In this document: piece after piece, positions 1 through 13,139 of the stretch
How the letters are laid out: the number at the start of each line of letters is the position of its first letter
How positions within the stretch are numbered: position 1 is the stretch's first letter
Assembly: GCF_018350175.1 (NCBI RefSeq)
Contig: NC_058368.1
Coordinates: 55,182,001 to 55,246,000 of the forward strand
Source: Felis catus
Taxonomy: Eukaryota
Length of the DNA stretch: 64,000 bases
Direction: 5' to 3'
Made by a program: the position numbers and the translations under genes
Notes under the pieces: model-generated
Told to the model about the DNA's origin: nothing
What the model saw: only the letters and a program-made list of their open reading frames with translations
Database searches by the model: none

Positions 1-894
1 CAATAATGTGTGCACTTGAGAGAAAATGGAAGACAGCAACATCATCACTAGTACGGATGCAGCTGTACATTGTGTAGAAGGTGGATAATAGGACAGCACT
101 TTTTACTTGGATCTATCTACAATTTGGAGTCCAATCAATTATACTTATATCAATAAGCCCTATTCTAACTCTAGCCAGGTCATCCAGGAAAAAAAATATG
201 TTTAATATGACATGATTTCAATCAAAATCTTGCAAATAGTATGCATGGTTAAGTAGTAAGCCACACTTTACTAAGTTTCATCCTGTTTAAAGAATGCTAT
301 GTTGAAGTTTACAAAATTTAATATAATTCATAATAAAGGCCTACTGACATGACGTTTGGGAAGTAATAAACTATTTACTATATAATATACTCCATTAAGA
401 TTCATCAGAAAATCTAGATCTACACCAGTAAAATGGAGTGTTCTAAAGTGATGTAATGCCAAAAATTACAGGGTGTATACAGGCATTTTATGTCATAGAA
501 AAGAACTTTCTCTGCAATATACAGATGATTTACCAGAAATGTTTTATTGGAAGTAAAATAATTTATCTGGTTGTCACATTTTTTAAAATTCTACCATGAA
601 TCTAGTGGTTAATTCCTTACAGTGGTCAAAATGCTATGTTCTGACACATATCAAGGTCTTTGCAAATATGATCACATTGTTTGGAATCCTTTGACTTCTC
701 TCTGCTCTAATATTCCATATATTCCTACAGAAGTGTGTACAAACAAGTGTTTCAGTCTTCAGAGATCCTCTCAGAAAAATCGCCTCCAATGCCAGTGTTA
801 TCTCTAGTCATTCCTATAAAAGAATGCTTCTATAATATCTTTTTCATATCTTGATCACAGTACTTTAGCACATTCAATGCTTTCTCTCTCTCCC

Positions 895-985
895 CCAAAC
901 TGAATTGTAATTCCTCTTTGTATCCCAACGTCTACCTGCCTAACAGAGTGCCTAGCACATAATAGAAACTCCCACACGCATATAT
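895..985 (+). mobile_element. L2 3'-end fragment
   Basis: CTTTGTATCCC...CCTAACAGAGTGCCTAGCACATAATAG resembles the L2 tail. Confidence 0.55.
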
Positions 986-1127
986 TGCTAAAAACTAGAA
1001 ATTATAGATTAACTTCCATCTACAAGTACTTTACTTTTGTTTCTTTTCATCTTTGGAGCAGTAACGGTTTTACACATTGAAAGCATATCATCACTGCATC
1101 CGTTTTGTATTCCACAATGATATATAA

Positions 1128-1390
1128 TAATAATAGCTAACATTTATCAACTGCATGCTCTGTGACAGGCACTGTGGTTAGCGCTTCACATGGATTAATC
1201 CATTTGATTATCACACACACAAGAAATTTGTGAAGTAGGAAAATGTATTATACCAATTTTGTAAAAGAAAATCAGAGTTTCAGAGCATTAAGTAACTTGG
1301 CCAATGTCAAAAGCTAAATGATTGCATGATAAAATTCCTAAGCTAATTCTTTCTGAATTGGTGACCTGACCTATTTCTCAACCACTACAG
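1128..1390 (-). mobile_element. MIR SINE
   Basis: AATAATAGCTAACATTTAT...CAGGCACTGTG...ATTAAGTAACTTGGCCAATGTCA (MIR core, antisense). Confidence 0.8.
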
Positions 1391-2105
1391 CCCAATACTA
1401 CTATTCTCTTCCCTGTCTCCCTCCTTTCCTTTTTATTTTTCTCTTAGTCACTCTCTCTGTTTTTCTGTTTCTCATCCCTGACTTGTACTAAACACTGAAT
1501 GAATTAAACTACTGATCAAATAGATCTTAAGAATAAGTCTTTTCTTTGAGAACATGCAAATCTTTGAAGCAAAGAACAACACACATGTTTAACAATAGCT
1601 GTCTAGGAATGAGAAAAATAAAATAACCAATGTAGCTTTAGTCTTGTGTGGATAAAAGCAACGTATAATATTTCAATAATCTGGAGTTCACTTACTTGCC
1701 AACTCCAAACACAGCTGGACACAGCTAATGAGTGGCAAATGATACATTTAAGAAATGCTCCTGTCTACTTGTAAAGATGTCATAAAATCCAAGGACTAAA
1801 ACTCTTATACTTTACTTATATTTCTTCAGCTTGAAAAGAAAGAACATGCCAGGTTTTAGTCATTACACAAACACACATAGCAATTTGCCTGAATAACTGG
1901 CAAGTTTAAACCTGTCTGATGACGTTGGAGCTACTTATCTATCTTACTTTTATCTCCGTCTTTGTTGTTGACTAGAATAATTTCTCCTTTCATATTGCAT
2001 TATGATTAGTTATTAGATTTTTGTAGTATGAATAAAGTCAATAGTGATATGTATGGAATCTTCACCAATGAAACATGTTTTGAAACATAAACCCTTATAA
2101 TAGGG

Positions 2106-2327
2106 TTTTTTAAAAAAAATGTTTATTTATTTATTTTGAGAGACAAATATAGAGAGAGAGAGAGACCAGGGGAGGGGCAGAATGGGAGGAAGAGAGAGAA
2201 TCCCTAGCAGGCTCCACACTGTCAGTGCAGAGCCCAATGTGGGGCTCACTCCCATTAACCATGAGTTCATGATCTGAGCCGAAATCAGGAGTCAGACGCT
2301 TAACCGACTGAGACACCAAGGCGCCCC
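2106..2327 (-). mobile_element. CAN-SINE
   Basis: Antisense GGGGCGCC head, (CT)n body and AATAAA tail. Confidence 0.95.
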
Positions 2328-2354
2328 AATAGTTGGGTTTTAAAAACCACTCTA

Positions 2355-2580
2355 GGGACGCCTGGGTGGCGCAGTCGGTTAAGCGTCCGACTTCAGCCAG
2401 GTCACGATCTCGCGGTCCGTGAGTTCGAGCCCCGCGTCAGGCTCTGGGCTGATGGCTCAGAGCCTGGAGCCTGTTTCCGATTCTGTGTCTCCCTCTCTCT
2501 CTGCCCCTCCCCCCGTTCATGCTCTGTCTCTCTCTGTCCCAAAAATAAATAAATGTTGAAAAAAAAAATTAAAAAAAAAA
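2355..2580 (+). mobile_element. Young feline CAN-SINE (SINEC_Fc type)
   Basis: GGCGCAGTCGGTTAAGCGTCCGACTTCAGCCAGG, CpG-rich; perfect TSD AAAAACCACTCTAG. Confidence 0.97.
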
Positions 2581-3058
2581 ACCACTCTAGACACAAATTT
2601 ACATGTATCAAATTTTCAACAGAACAAGCTTATTTAGAATATTGAGGAGAAATTTATTGAAAGGATCACCTGAATTTATTGCTCTTATTTTCCACAAAAT
2701 CCAGTTATATTTTAATATTCCCATATCATATATCTTTATATAAAATATTAATAATAAAATATTTTAATAAAATGTTAAAACATGTCATTTGAAATGTAAT
2801 TCAAACAGAATTCGATAACGTATCAATTGTTTATTTGTCTCTGTAAATAGGAGCATTTAGTATGATCAATTTTACTGTTTCAGTTAACAAACAAGCTGTC
2901 TGCAAATTTCAGAGCTCTGCAGATAAAAGATGGATAGGTAAATAGAAGTAATACCTGATTCTCAAAAAGCATAGTATGAGAGTAGACCAGCATTAGTTAT
3001 TTAGGAGAACTAATGCATGCTATGAGGTCAGCAATTTTGAGTCATAGCAATGGAGTAT

Positions 3059-3587
3059 TGTTACTAGACTGAGTCCAAAGAGCCCACCAGAGAATTTTTC
3101 TAAAAGATGTTTTTTGTTCTAGTATCTCCCCCACAGGTGTTCCTGCCCAGAAAATCCAGACCACAAGAAACTGCAAGAAACCAGATCAAACCAGATAGGC
3201 CCAAGATGGCGGACAAAATAGGCCAAAGTTCACATTATTCCTTCATTATACAATGTTAACATACTAAAATCTCCTTCCTAAGAGTGCCATGACAGGAAAC
3301 CCCTGACCAAATAAGCAATAAAAAAGGATGCGGCCTAAGTTCCTGGAAATTTCTGCCCCTTCCCCAGAATCTGGCTGACATCAACCATCTTGTGTTTGTC
3401 CCCAGTCATATCATCTATGCCCCCGACACATCTGTGGAGAAGGGGGTGCCTTTATAGCATGAATTCCCTTATTCTATTCTCTGGCCCGTTGAATAAATTA
3501 CCTGCTTCCATCAAATACAAATGTTTTGTTATTTGGCTATTTAGTGAACAGTACTGAGTAGGGAAAGAACCTATCTGTTTGGTAATA
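3059..3587 (+). mobile_element. Solo LTR, ERV1-like
   Basis: Ends TGTTAC...GGTAATA, flanks GTAT/GTAA, internal CCAAGATGGCGG, AATAAA at about 3492. Confidence 0.6.
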
Positions 3588-3958
3588 GTAACTTTGAACT
3601 ATTTGAAAGTGTAGTCTTCTTAACGTGTAGCAACTATATTTAGATTTGGACTGCAGATCTGTTTCAGTGAAGCCAGAAAATGGGCGGAAGTGTGGTTTTG
3701 GAAGCAGGTGGCATGGAGAGTGTGAGACAGGTGAGGGAACGCAAATGTATTTGACTTACTTTTGCTAGCAAAATTTTCCCAATGAAACATTTTCAGTCTG
3801 TCTGTTTCCACAACAGGGAACAGGAAATTAAAATAATGCAAATAATTCCATTACCTAAAGGATACATTTTACAATAGTTTGAAAAATGTAACCTCTATAT
3901 TTAAAGAGACATAAACTACTTTTTTTTCTCTTTCTTTTAGGGAGGTGATAACCAGTGC

Positions 3959-4489
3959 TGTGGCTGAGCCAGCCCTCATGGTTCTTACAGTTGCAAGATG
4001 ACCTCAGAAACAACTTTGAAAGTTTGGGAAAAAAATGTTTATTATTTACAAGTGTTAGGTCCACACAGTGAAGTTATGGAGAAGGGGGAAAGGAAGGGAC
4101 AGGGAGAGAGGGAGGAAGAGGAGGAGTAAGGAGAAAGGGAGAAGGAGACAGAGGAAGAGGAAGAGAGATTAAGAGCAATTGAGAAAGAGAGATTGAGCAC
4201 CTGTGGGCCTGAATTCTACTTTACTGGGCTCAAGACAGGGGTATAGCGTTCCCCCAGGCTGAATCTTAATTGAGGAATTTACAATGTAAGAGTGAGAATT
4301 TAAAGAACAGAAAGGGAAAAAAAAGTGCCCCAAATAGTCAGCTGTCTAAGGAGTCTAGTTGTGTGGCTGACAATTAGTTTATACAAGAGCCATCTTTGAA
4401 GTTGTTGCTTCAGCAATCAATATTTAAGTCAGGCACTTGCATTACAAAAAAAAAAAAAGAAAAACCAACCTGTCAGCGCTTACACTATA
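3959..4489 (-). mobile_element. Probable solo LTR with purine-rich tract
   Basis: TG start on +, RC end resembles TGTAGTGTAAGC, degenerate antisense polyA signal; no convincing TSD. Confidence 0.45.
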
Positions 4490-6255
4490 GGGGGCAACTC
4501 TTCTGAACTACTTGTTATATTGAAGACAGTATTTCCAAACTGGTTTTTAATATTCGTTTTTAAAATCTTGTCCTCCACAGGATTATAAACTCCTTGATTA
4601 TATTAGGTCATATTACTATATTTTTTAAAAAAAGGCTTAAGATGATATATTATAGATAGCCAACACATATTTTTTGTAATGAAGACATTTTTAACAATAA
4701 GGCAGATTTGTTAATATTAGTGAAGTAATGAGGTGGGTTTATTGCTTTTGTTTTTATATCTTCTAATAGACTGTTTGATGGTACATGGATGTTTTCTCTT
4801 GATGTGTAAAAGGGCATTTGTCTTAGTGACAATTTTGTTGCATCTTGTATTTACTTAACATAAATCAATACAAATTATAAAAAACAAACAACCAAAAAAC
4901 ACAGAAATCTGTATCCAGATTTTGGTAATTTGAGATGAGAAAAATATTGCAATGAGTTACATAATTAGTCCGTTACAAAACTTTTCTTGTGAGCAAATAG
5001 CAATCCATCTCAGTGAAATGTGCCAAGTGAGACCATTCCAGCAATAACCATTAAGACTCAGAACAGAGAAGCTAAAGTACACCAAACAGAAAGAGAGATT
5101 GACTCATTAAAACTAAATTCTCCTTCCCCCATAGGATACCCTTGAACACTCTCCTTAATATGGAGAATTTCGGCTGACATTTGCAAGAACCATTTATAAC
5201 TCAGATCCTGGATGAATTGCAGAAAATGATGGGTGCTACACACACAACAGGCTTTATTCTGATTTTTCAGGAAAGATGTTTTTCAAATAAACATCCTTAA
5301 CAGAATTTGCGATGACATCTTAGTATGAATTGCTTTAGAATTTTGAAAACCATTATTGTTTTTGTAAATCACTCCTAATTTGCATCTTTATTTGACAGAT
5401 ATCTTGATTAAAACAGATTTTAGGAATTGCACCTGGTTAGCCAGTACTACGGATATTTTATATTTTTAACGTTGAAAATTCATAATAATATCTTTTGAAA
5501 ACATATATAAGACCAAAGGGGTATTTGACACATAAGAAATTGTATTAGGTGAAGCCAACTTATTCATTTAGGTCAATTACTTGGTGATGTTGTTGCAGCC
5601 TATTTCATACAATTTGAATTATTTTTCTTAGAAACAATTCTAAATTATTTATCTCTTATATTTTTTTTCCTGTTGCCTGCTAATTAAAGGAGTCACTGAG
5701 CTCAAATTAAAACTTCTTTTTAGGAGGCATTGCTATTTTTTCAAGGTTTACTAAGCAATTCATTAATATATACTGATAGAAGCTATTCAACTTGTCAACG
5801 AGAATCTTTATACAAAGGTTACAGATCTGTTTTAAAGTATTCCAAAGTAAACATTAGGAGATGTTCATAAAGATTGTTCTTTAATACTTTTTTTATATAA
5901 GTAGAAAATATCTTCCAAAAATAACAACTACTGTTATGGAGTCTATGTAAGTCATTATTTAATAAAGTACTATATACCAACTAAAATTATAGGTCCAGTT
6001 AATTTTTTTTATTCTAAGAGGATTATTAACATTGAATTCTTTATATCATACTTTATTCCTTTGTGTAATATAATTTTATTCCATTTACAAACCATGATAC
6101 AAGTTAACATTAGTTTGGCATATTTATACCGATTTATTCCCAAAACATCCTTCCATTTTAGGCAAGGTAAATAATTTATAATCAAAACTGATGCTCATTT
6201 GAATGTGAAGGACTACAGCTAATAAATATAAGCTATTATTAAAAACAAAATAGAG

Positions 6256-6458
6256 CCACTGGCACATTGGAACTGCCTTTTACTGGCTTGGATGAGCTGA
6301 TTATTGAAAAAAAAATTTGTCAGCCAGATGTTAAAAGCTGTTAGTTCGAAATGCTACCCCGGTGATAGCATTTTCACCATGAAAATCAGCTAATGCTATG
6401 AATCAAGACCTCACCCCTTCCTGGCAGTTGTTGAACACTTACCAGTATATGAAAGTGT
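6256..6458. mobile_element. hAT DNA transposon relic, MER63-like
   Basis: GAGCTGATTATTGAAA...GCCAGATGTTAAA...GTTGTTGAACACTTACCAG resembles MER63. Confidence 0.6.
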
Positions 6459-7338
6459 ATGCATCTAACAATTTTGTCAAAACACAGAGTAAACCAAGAT
6501 TGCTATAGGTAACTGAGCCATATGGTAATCTACATTGTAGGTCACATTTGAGGTTGCTATTATTCGGTTAATGACTAAAGAAGTATCAATGAGGCATAGT
6601 AGCACTTACTGATATTGCTCTCAAATCCACGCTGAACTCCACAGATAAAATGATATTTTCATGTGATTTAGACATTTTCCAGGCCTAATGTAAAGGCTTG
6701 TCATGCCCATTAGGATGAAGTCTGACATGCTTAATAGGGGTTTTGCTAAACTGATCTGGTGTCGAATACATCCTTAGCCTATTCTTCATCTCTTTCCCCA
6801 AACCATACTGGAAGTTGTTGGTTTTTTCCTCATTTATTAATGTATTGTGTACTTCTTTGCCCTCAGAAATTTGGATATGCTCATTTTTTTTTTTTTTTGC
6901 CTAGAACTGTCTTTAATTCATTTCAGTAGCTAGCTTCTACCCATTCTTTTATGCTAGAACTTAGTATCTAATCTTTTCCTGAGTCCTAATTCAGGTTCTC
7001 TGCTCCTCTCTACATCAAATCTGCGATTTTTTTTATTGTTTATCAATACCCTTTGTGTGTTCCATATTCCACCAAGTTTTGAAATATTGCAGTCCCTAGG
7101 AGTAGTTCACAGGAATATATATCCCTCTAATATGCTATTCTATATCCAGGTCTGCAGCTTTAAATACAAAGTTTTTGCTGATTACTCCTAAATGCATACC
7201 TTCAGACTCAACATGTCCCTTGAATTCAAAACTCACATATCTAACCTGTCAATTTAACATTTTAATTTTTGTAAATAATACATCTTTCCCTGAATGTTAC
7301 AGTTAAACTTGTGCCACCTGAAATAGTGCCTTCTGAGT

Positions 7339-7750
7339 TGTGGGGAAATAGGTTAAAAAAGCTTAGGGCTGAAAGCTGCCACCACAGGGTGAAATAACTC
7401 AAGGTTAGTTAGTAAGATACTACAATGGGATCATGACTAACTTGTTATATCACCTGCAGGGAATACTTTCCATTTGGCACCAATATACTTTGATCACAAA
7501 CACCACCCTTGTATTAATAATGAATTTATTATAATAAATTGCTTCTTACACACACAAGTTAATGATTACTATCTGATTGTCTTCTTCATGTTCCACCCGT
7601 GTGTAAGATCTTGATAGCTCAATAAATATGGAGACAAACCTCCCTGTTCTGGGCTCTTGTCTCCTCCCAGACATTAGCCTCTCTCGTATTCAATTCTCTG
7701 TCTGCTCTCTTGCTGGACAAGAGAGAACTCCAGACTCATTGTCTATGACA
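7339..7750 (+). mobile_element. Solo LTR (412 bp), related to the LTR at 31460
   Basis: TGTGGGGAAATA...CTATGACA, AATAAA at 7621, flanks CTGAGT/CTGATA; 3' ~100 bp aligns to 32086-32183. Confidence 0.8.
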
Positions 7751-8360
7751 CTGATATCAAGAATTGATATCAACTACTTAGGATCTCAAACCAAAAACCA
7801 TGGAGTTATCTTTGATTCTTTATATTTTTCATTCCATGCTTCTCCATCAGTGATTCCTATCAACATATCACAAATATTTTACTCTTCTCCATATCTAGTA
7901 ATTACCAGCTCAACAGAAATTACCAAAATTTATGGTTTACACCACAGTATTATTGCGCTGATGCCTCACTGCTTTGCCTGTTTCTCTCTTTTCCATTCTT
8001 TCATCCATTCTCTATTTTCTAGAATGTTCTTTTTGAAATACAAATTTCCTTTCTGATTATATCCAATTATTATTAAAATCTTCAAATAGCTTTTCTCATT
8101 AGCTTATAATAAAATATGAACTCCTTACCTGGAAAACATGATTTGTTGTTCACCTCCTAATCTATATCACTTCCTACAACTCCATTTCTGCCTTATTATT
8201 TTCACACTACAGCCATAGATATCATCTTTTTTTCTTATGCATAAGCATCTTGTTTGTGCTTTAAGTCTTTGCAATATCTAATCCTTCTGCTCAGAATTAT
8301 CTTTCCTAATTCTTCATACAGTTGACTCACACCATAAGTTAGGTCTCACATAGATACCCG

Positions 8361-8801
8361 TATATTAGTTCCCCAGGACTGCCACATCAAAGTACCAGAA
8401 ACAGGGTAGCTTAAAATACAACAATTCATTGTCTCACAGTTCCAGAGTCTAGAAGTCCAAAATTAAGATATTGGCAGAATTTATTCCTTCCAAGGGCTCT
8501 GATAAAGAATTCATGCCATGCCTTGCTCTTAGTGTCGGGGGATGGCCAGAGATCTATGGCATTTCTCACTTTGTAGATGAAGCATTACAGTCTCTGCCTT
8601 TGTCTCCATATGGTATTTTCTTTGTGCCTCTGTGTCTATATTTTTCTTTTTATAATAAAATAAGTTATATTGGGTTAGAGCCCACTCTAATGATCTCATC
8701 TTAACTTGATTACATCTACAGAGACCCTCTTTTCAAAAGAGGTCACATTCAGAGTGCAGGCGTTAGTGCTTCTTTTGGAGGACACAGTTCAAACCATAAC
8801 A
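8361..8801 (-). mobile_element. MaLR LTR, MLT1B/C-like
   Basis: TATTAGTTCCCCAGGACTGCC...TCTCACAGTTCCAGAGTCTAGAAGTCC...GGACACAGTTCAAACCATAACA. Confidence 0.85.
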
Positions 8802-10135
8802 TCACCTCCTCTGAATATTCTTCATATAGAACTTACTCTCATAATGCAGTATCCAATTTTCATCATAGTATTTGCCATGACTTGATAATTTTGTATTAAT
8901 TTAATTAATGGTTTCTTGTATGCCTGTCCCAAATAAATAATAAATTCCATGAGGGAGTGACCTCATCGGTTCTTGATTTTCTTAGATGTGCACCTAGAAG
9001 AGTGTACAACATATAGTAAGACCTTAATATAGATTTGGTGTATGTGTTTATGTATTAATAATGAATTTATTATAATACCTGTTTATCACTAATATTACTG
9101 CCACAATATTTGTTATAATACCTAAAATAGTATGTGTACCATTTTAATTTGCCTTACCTTCAGAAATGTGGTTTTCTATGTAATGACTAGTCAAGGTTAT
9201 AGCGAGTTTTTTTTTTTTTTTAATCCAAGAGAACATAAGTGCAATTCAAGACTGAGTCTTTTTCCATTACATTAATGTAGCACAAAATTCAATTTTTGGC
9301 AGTGTTCCCAGGCAATCGAGGTTGCAAAGTCATCTTGTCCTCCACATTTGCGTATAATGGAGAAACTTATATCATCGTGATATATTGCAATGTTACTCAG
9401 AGGGGTTGACCTTATTCTAAAAGATACTTGATTATTTCCATTGACAGTTGCCATTTAGATATGATAAACATTATACTAATTTTTAAAAAGATAAATCATT
9501 GAATAAGAATTAAAGCTACTACAAATCTGTCTGGTAAAGAATAAAAATAATCAAGCAGGATGTTATTTTTCCAAGAACTTAATGCATTGTGTATATTACC
9601 ACTGAGCCAAGATATAGAACTAGATAACTTTTAAATGATATTATTTTAATAATCTATGTTTCTAAAAGAAAAGTAAAATAAAAATCTATTAGAAATTTGC
9701 CTATACATGGTGGAGGTGATTAGATTTTCAAGGTTTTCACATGTCTGCATATTCTAAAAATAGCAAGTTTATTCATGGTAATTAGAAGATGTATTGGTTT
9801 TCAGGCTAGCACTATGCAAAATACTGAATTATAACATAATTTATGAAAGGAGTCATTTCTACTCAATGTACTTTAGAAAAATGAATGTTTTCCTAAACAT
9901 GTTTTAGTGAGAAAGAAAATCAATTAAACTTAGAAGAAACTTACTAGAAGAGGAAAAACAAATCTCATTAGTTTTTAAGAAAAGGGGATTATGATTTTCC
10001 CTTTACACAGCAGTATATTTTCTGCAACAAAGTTTGAAGAAGAAACAGAAAAACCTAAAAGAATAAAAAGGATATTTTGTTTCTTACCCTTCAGTGAAAC
10101 AAAATTTAGATTTTAATTGCAATATAAATTAATGG

Positions 10136-10369
10136 TATGAATTTCTTGACCTTGGCACTGTTGACATTTAGGCTGGATAATTATTTGTTGTTGAGACTAC
10201 CCTTTATATGATAGGATGTTTAGCAGTACCGCTGACCTCTATCTACTAGTTTCCTGTAGTACAATCTCACCTCATTTTTGGAGACAGTGAAACATGTCTC
10301 CAGATATTGACAAATGTCTGTGTGAGTAGGGTGAGGGGGGGTAGATTTTTCTCTGGGTGAGAACTACTG
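10136..10369 (+). mobile_element. MER20 (hAT-Charlie)
   Basis: CTTGGCACTGTTGACATTTAGGCTGGATAATT...TGTCTCCAGATATTGACAAATGTC...GAGAACTACTG. Confidence 0.8.
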
Positions 10370-10545
10370 CATTAAAATAAACTAATAAAATATTCCTGCC
10401 ATACCAGGTTTGTTGTTTGCAGGCTTATATCTGTCTTGGCATTTAAGTAGGAAAAAAAATACCCAACTCTTTGGAAAATCAAAATCCAAGGCTGTGCTAA
10501 TCATAGGATAATTTAAGGAGTCCAAGATGATAATTTATAAGAATT

Positions 10546-10669
10546 ATATATATATATATAAAATTCTATATATATATATAATTCTTATATAATTCTTATA
10601 TATTATATATATAATTCTTATATAATTCTTATATATATAATTCTTATATAATTCATATATACATACATA

Positions 10670-10717
<48 letters not shown>
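10546..10717. repeat. (TA)n / TATAATTCTTA compound repeat
   Basis: Visible periodicity. Confidence 0.9.
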
Positions 10718-10721
<4 letters not shown>

Positions 10722-11743
10722 CAGTGGGAACTCTTGGGAAACCAAAGATATTTAAATCTTTCTTTGGGAATATATCCAAAACACAGAATACACAGAAAAA
10801 TAAAGTTTCCCCTATAATTGAGCTTATAATTAAACGTAAAATCAACAAAGGGAATAATCTATTATGACCAAATCTATTTGGACCAAACTAATGTGATTAA
10901 TATTCTTAGAATTTAAGATACAGTAAAAACTCAAAAGTAGAATATAAAATAAATGTGTTTTAAGGAATTAAAATGATGAAATAATGAATGAGAAAAAATT
11001 TAGAAGCCCAGGGCACTATGAAACAAGCATAGACTGATTTGGAAAAGGACAAATGACCATACTAGAAATGAACTATTTTATTGTAATTAAAATGTTAATA
11101 GATTAATTAAAAATCAGATTAGATATAGTTCAACATAGAATGAATGGACTGGCAGAAACATCTGAGGAACATTCTTGGAAACCATCACAATGATGCAAAG
11201 AAATGAAAATATCGGAGAGGTTCTTAGACAAAAAGGATATAATACACATGTGTAGTCTATAAGCAACAGAATGGACAATTAAGAAAAATTTAAAAAGGTA
11301 ATCTAAAGGTTTTCTAGTTGAGATGGCATTGCCTAAAACTCATGAGACATAAAGAAAGATATATCCTAAAACTGAAAAATGTTGAGGTGAGAACAAAATA
11401 AATAAAAAACTAATCTTAGGCACCTAGTTGACTCTCTAACACGCCAAATAAAGAGAAAGTCATAAAAAGAACCAATGATTATGTGCAGAAAGAAAACAAT
11501 TAGAATTGTGTCTGCAGAATTATCACAGTTATTAATAGAGGCCAGAACACAAAGAATTCTAGAATAAATTTACAAAAACTATTCAAGGAATACCACAAAT
11601 TACTCAAAGTTCTTAGCGGAATACTAATGCTCCCCACCCATAGGATCCTATTTAAAAAAATAATTATTATTTTAGTCCTAAGTTACCATTATGATTTTAT
11701 TGTTATAATTAATGCCAGTCTATATCCCATTTATCAATTTTCT

Positions 11744-11941
11744 TTTTTTTTTTAATTTTTTTAATGTTTAGTTTTGAGAGGGGGGGGGTCAAAGAGAGAG
11801 GGGGAGACCCGGAATCGGATGCAGGCTCCAGGCTCTGAGCCGTCAGCGCAGAGCCAGATGCAGGGCTTGAACTCACGAACCAGGAGATCTTGACCTGAGC
11901 CGAAGTCGGAGGCTTAACCGACGGAGCCACCCAGGTGCCCC
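11744..11941 (-). mobile_element. CAN-SINE
   Basis: Consensus match; TSD CCATTTATCAATTTTCT. Confidence 0.95.
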
Positions 11942-12360
11942 CATTTATCAATTTTCTAAGGACAGTCAATTTACATTTCTCTAATGAAATATAATATGTT
12001 AAGATAAGAAAAAAATTCAGAGACCAAAATATTACCCATCAAAAATCTTTACTAACAAAATAATTGTAAAACAAATTTATTTGGAGATAAATTAAATCCA
12101 CTGAGACCAACAAAATTGGTAAAAATGTAGGTTGTAGGCTTCCTTTTGAGTGTCTTATGTAATTTTGAGAGAATGGAAAATGGATGCTCTTCAAACACTG
12201 TTAACGCAATTATACATTTTAAGGCATCTGAGTAAAATTGCTCAAAGATAAAAACAGAATATATATGCTCTTCAATTTTAAAGAGAAAACATGGATTAAA
12301 AATTGATAAATTCAATGCAAGATAGGAAAGGAGAAAAAAATGAAATTAAGAAAGTAAAAG

Positions 12361-12566
12361 TCGGAGAGAGGTCTAACATGGTGGTGTAGTAGGATGGCCC
12401 TAGACTTGTCTCATCCCTCAAACACAAGTAGATAACTATCAAATCATTCTGAATACTCAGGAAATTGACCTGAGGATTGACGGAACAAACTCCACAACAA
12501 GAGGGAGAGAAGAGCCCACACTGAGAAAGGTAGGAAGTATGTAGATTTTTTTTTTTTTTTTGGTGG
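12361..12566 (+). mobile_element. Carnivore L1 5'-terminal fragment flanked by a 13-bp direct repeat
   Basis: GTCTAACATGGTGGTGTAGTAGGA...GATAACTATCAAATCATTCTGAATAC; AAGAAAGTAAAAG on both sides. Confidence 0.7.
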
Positions 12567-13139
12567 AAGAAAGTAAAAGCTTGATCAATAGAAAGAACAA
12601 AAAAAAAAAAAAAGAGATACAGATAAAGCCAATATATAATGACAATCATATTGAATACAAAAATAAAACTCTCCTCCAAATGTAGATATTTTCAGCTTAA
12701 ATTCATAACAATTCTATTATTGGATAATTGTATTTGAGTATTTCTTTAGTGGCAAAACTGAAATAAAAAAGAAACAGGAAGAATGAAAATAATAAAGAGA
12801 AATAGTTATACAAACCATAAAACAGAAAAGAAACTAGTATACAATATTACAGGAAAAGGGAATTATTAAGGATAAATTGAGTCACTACATACTGATAGCC
12901 TACAATGATAAGAACAACTCAACAGGAAATTATAAGCTTGAAACTGCATATACTACTATATTAACAATATAGTTGCAAACTAGTTGAAATAAAACTAAAC
13001 AAATTTAAAGAAACACAAACAAATCCACAATCATAGTAGGAGATTGAAACTTTTCTTTCATGAGATCTTTGGGGCTGCTTCTAGGATATTAGTGTCTGCC
13101 TGAATACAAATTGTCACACATCATTTCAAAAAAATTAAC

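Larger units (their letters stand above)
6680..9065 (+). mobile_element. Degenerate L2 segments interrupted by an LTR and an MLT1
   Basis: GCTGATTACTCCCTAAAT...CCCTTGAATTCAAAACTCAC; TGGAGTTATCTTTGATTC; 3' end TAAATTCCATGAGGG...CACCTAGAAGAGTG. Confidence 0.65.
10790..13050 (+). mobile_element. Old L1M fragments (ORF1 and early ORF2), interrupted
   Basis: A-rich; AGATTAGATATAGTTCAACATAGAATGAATGGACTGG; CAAATCCACAATCATAGTAGGAGATT (endonuclease IIVGD region). Confidence 0.55.

Noticed and set aside
7628..8056. 142-aa ORF
   Set aside because: Runs from LTR U5 into decayed L2; no recognisable domain
9272..9454. Possible terminal exon on the minus strand (TTTTAG then IRSTPLSN...)
   Set aside because: Weak acceptor, no recognisable protein and no partner exons found
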